Below are positions 61,694 through 64,000 of a stretch of DNA of 64,000 nucleotides, one piece after another. Source of the stretch: Azolla caroliniana (taxonomy: Eukaryota > Plantae > Polypodiophyta); NCBI GenBank assembly GCA_043228905.1, contig JBHGNT010000014.1, positions 12,028,001 through 12,092,000 on the forward strand, written 5' to 3'. Numbering within the stretch: the stretch's first letter is position 1; every line of letters begins with the position of its first letter. The translations under genes and the position numbers were made by a program. The notes under the pieces were generated by a model. That model was not told the origin of the DNA and did not search any database. It was given only the letters and a program-made list of their open reading frames with translations.

Positions 61694-63787
61694 TCATCTG
61701 GGGGAGAGATGGAGATGGTGAGACCAGAGATCTACAAAGACATCGACAATGGTGTCGTGGTAATGGCGTGAGTTGAGAGAGAGGTAGCATCGGAGGAGCT
61801 CCACGAGGTCCGAAGACTCCTTTATAATGGCACCTCTGCCGGCATCGATCATCTCCATCATCGACTCCTTGAAGTCATTGTGAGGGTCATCTGAGCATTT
61901 CACCATGGCAACTGTACTAGCACTAACAGATCTGTATAGATTAGCTGCTTTTAGTAGTAGATCATTCTCCTCCTCCTCCCCCTCCTCTTGTTGTGGTAGG
62001 TCCTGCTGTTTTAGCAGTTGGTTTGGTTGCTCCAGCATTAGTTGCTTTTGTTGTTCTAGCAGTAGTTGTTCATAGTTTCCAGTCACAATGGCCGGGGGCT
62101 CGGCACATCCAGGACCATTCGCTAGACGGCCCCGGCCTCGTCCCACATGGACCTTATATTTGAGATAATTGTAACGGCCTCGGTTTCCCACTGCCCGGCC
62201 CTTCCGGACTCGGTGCGGCCGATACGCTTGGCCCAACACTTTGCCACTATATATACTTTGGGTACACAATGGGTGATCCTCTTGACATGCATAGACATAT
62301 CCATCATCACATGATTTCTTCTTAGGCTCGTGACTGCTGGTGGCATGAAAAAATTCATTCCTACAAGGCCATGGGGATGGTGCTACTTTCACAAGCTTCT
62401 TCTTCTCTAATGATCTAACTGTAGGATCGTGGTGATGACGACGATGACGATTCGTATCCCGTATACATCTTGTCGGAAAATTATTGGTAGTCATCAAGGA
62501 ATCTGTATGTCGATACACATCTCTCGAGCACATTGATGATGCCATTTCATGATTAGCCGCATTGATTTGCTTGGTATTACTTGCGGTGCTCGCACAATAT
62601 TTACATGGGGTAGTAGCCCTTGTCGGAGTGCGATTTGGATCGTCAGTGCTCCTTGACCTAATCATGTTTGGGCAGGACATGGTGCTCCTCCTGTTTGTAG
62701 GGCTCCCCGAATTCGCCGAATGCTCGAGCCTAGTGATTTGCTGCGCGGACTCAAGATCGTAAAGCTTTTCCGAGCCATTGAGTACCTTCCATGGGGCTTT
62801 ACCAATAAGCTGCTGCTGTTTGAATCTTGTATAGTTTGTTATATGAAGCCCCTGGGGCATGGGATCCTTTACAATCACACAAGAATGACCAGTATTAGGG
62901 TTAGGACTAATTATATCATTACTGTGATGAATGATGGTATGCCTAGTGGGATTAGTAATGGAAGATGAGCTGATTTGTCTCTTGAGGCTTCTAGGTGAAT
63001 GACAAGGGGAGGAAACCAGAGAGGAACAATTCCTGTACACATTCAAGTTCTCCTTCATTGCAATGTGCTCATCTTTAAATATCTCCATATTCTTACAGGC
63101 AGAGCTCTTGCCAAATGAATCAGAATCACAGTTATTGTAATCTTCATTTAAAATAGGGCTTGAAGGCATTAGCAGGCCATATTGATGATGATATTCATCA
63201 TCATCATCATCATCATCATCATAGTTGTTGTGATTACAGTAATCTAGGTTCCTCTTGTTACCATTAACTATATGATTACTTAGGTTTTTCAACTTGGATT
63301 GAAGCTCCTGAAGGTCCAATATGATTTCATTAGGAGAATAAGCAGATTCCAAAGCAGCACATGGGTCTCGACTATCCTGATGAGAATCACTATACAAATC
63401 AACAAAGGCTGCTTCTTCTTTAATTGATCCTTGTAGAGGGTTGCTCTTCCTCCATGGACTATCATTACAACTGCTATTGGAATTGATCATGTTGCTTTTG
63501 TCTTTGTAATGATTGGGAATGCCCTTACAAATATTGCCCTTTTTCTTCTTCATCTGATGGGAGGCTCCATTGCTAGGAAGCTTGATGTGGCCCTTGCCTT
63601 TAGCACTAGAAGCAGAAGTTGAAGCAGAGGAAGGAGAAGAAGAGGAAGAATTAGATGGTCTTTTAGAAGCCAAATCTCTGTAACTAGTATAAGTGTTCAA
63701 CTTTCTAGGCTTAGTCTCTTTGAATTTGCAATACCAAATCACCTGGGGCATAAGGTGAGCCAGCTTAATCCACCTGAGCTTGGCCAT
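61694..63787 (-). CDS. OFP: OVATE family protein (transcriptional repressor-like), single exon, 697 aa
   Basis: C-terminal OVATE domain VAMVKCSDDPHNDFKESMMEMI..DLVELLRCYLSLNSRHYHDTIVDVFVDLW; N-terminal LAHLMPQVIWYCKFKE resembles the OFP1-5 type LSDMIPNAWFYKLKD motif. Confidence 0.93.
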   Translation of the reverse strand: MAKLRWIKLAHLMPQVIWYCKFKETKPRKLNTYTSYRDLASKRPSNSSSSSPSSASTSASSAKGKGHIKLPSNGASHQMKKKKGNICKGIPNHYKDKSNMINSNSSCNDSPWRKSNPLQGSIKEEAAFVDLYSDSHQDSRDPCAALESAYSPNEIILDLQELQSKLKNLSNHIVNGNKRNLDYCNHNNYDDDDDDDDEYHHQYGLLMPSSPILNEDYNNCDSDSFGKSSACKNMEIFKDEHIAMKENLNVYRNCSSLVSSPCHSPRSLKRQISSSSITNPTRHTIIHHSNDIISPNPNTGHSCVIVKDPMPQGLHITNYTRFKQQQLIGKAPWKVLNGSEKLYDLESAQQITRLEHSANSGSPTNRRSTMSCPNMIRSRSTDDPNRTPTRATTPCKYCASTASNTKQINAANHEMASSMCSRDVYRHTDSLMTTNNFPTRCIRDTNRHRRHHHDPTVRSLEKKKLVKVAPSPWPCRNEFFHATSSHEPKKKSCDDGYVYACQEDHPLCTQSIYSGKVLGQAYRPHRVRKGRAVGNRGRYNYLKYKVHVGRGRGRLANGPGCAEPPAIVTGNYEQLLLEQQKQLMLEQPNQLLKQQDLPQQEEGEEEENDLLLKAANLYRSVSASTVAMVKCSDDPHNDFKESMMEMIDAGRGAIIKESSDLVELLRCYLSLNSRHYHDTIVDVFVDLWSHHLHLSPR

Positions 63788-64000
63788 TCAAATTTTTTGT
63801 AAAAAGCTCTCAAAGTCTTAAAGAGGATTAAAACCTTCAGTTTTATAAAACTGAATCAGATAGGAGGTTTTTGGAGCCCAACTATGTATAAAATCTCTAG
63901 AGATGTATGTATGTTTTTTACATGTGGGCAATTTTTGGGGGCTTCTAATAATAGAGGAATTTGGGTGGGTTTAAACCTTTGGATAATAGCTTAGAATAGA

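Overview
Plant nuclear DNA (non-seed plant such as a fern is my inference from the retroelement lineages and the OVATE gene). About 1-59.7 kb is a nest of LTR retrotransposons up to four levels deep, followed by one intact host gene, an OVATE-family protein (61694-63787, minus). The nest resolves by LTR pairs, PBS/PPT and TSDs. An old minus-strand chromovirus-like Ty3/gypsy host (~4130-59700) holds two related non-chromovirus Ty3/gypsy elements, B (5010-38986) and D (41482-56942), plus a solo LTR (40685-41339). B contains a solo LTR (5507-5930), copia F (6096-11578), Trp-primed gypsy C (14439-21398) and copia G (23713-34987); G contains Trp-primed gypsy E (28791-34546). D contains intact copia H (43268-48766). 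Main candidate novelty: B and D have no polypurine tract before the 3' LTR. Instead both carry a conserved 40-nt copy of a tRNA-Arg 3' end (T-arm plus acceptor strand plus CCA) ending 2 nt before the LTR, i.e. a second, inverted PBS. Both also carry a homologous ~900-1000 codon extra ORF after pol. Other points: a Trp-primed gypsy lineage with 4-bp ACGY target duplications, a GGATTTT/pseudoknot -1 frameshift after the protease, and tRNA-like Pol III boxes inside two LTR families. All alignments and counts were made by eye.
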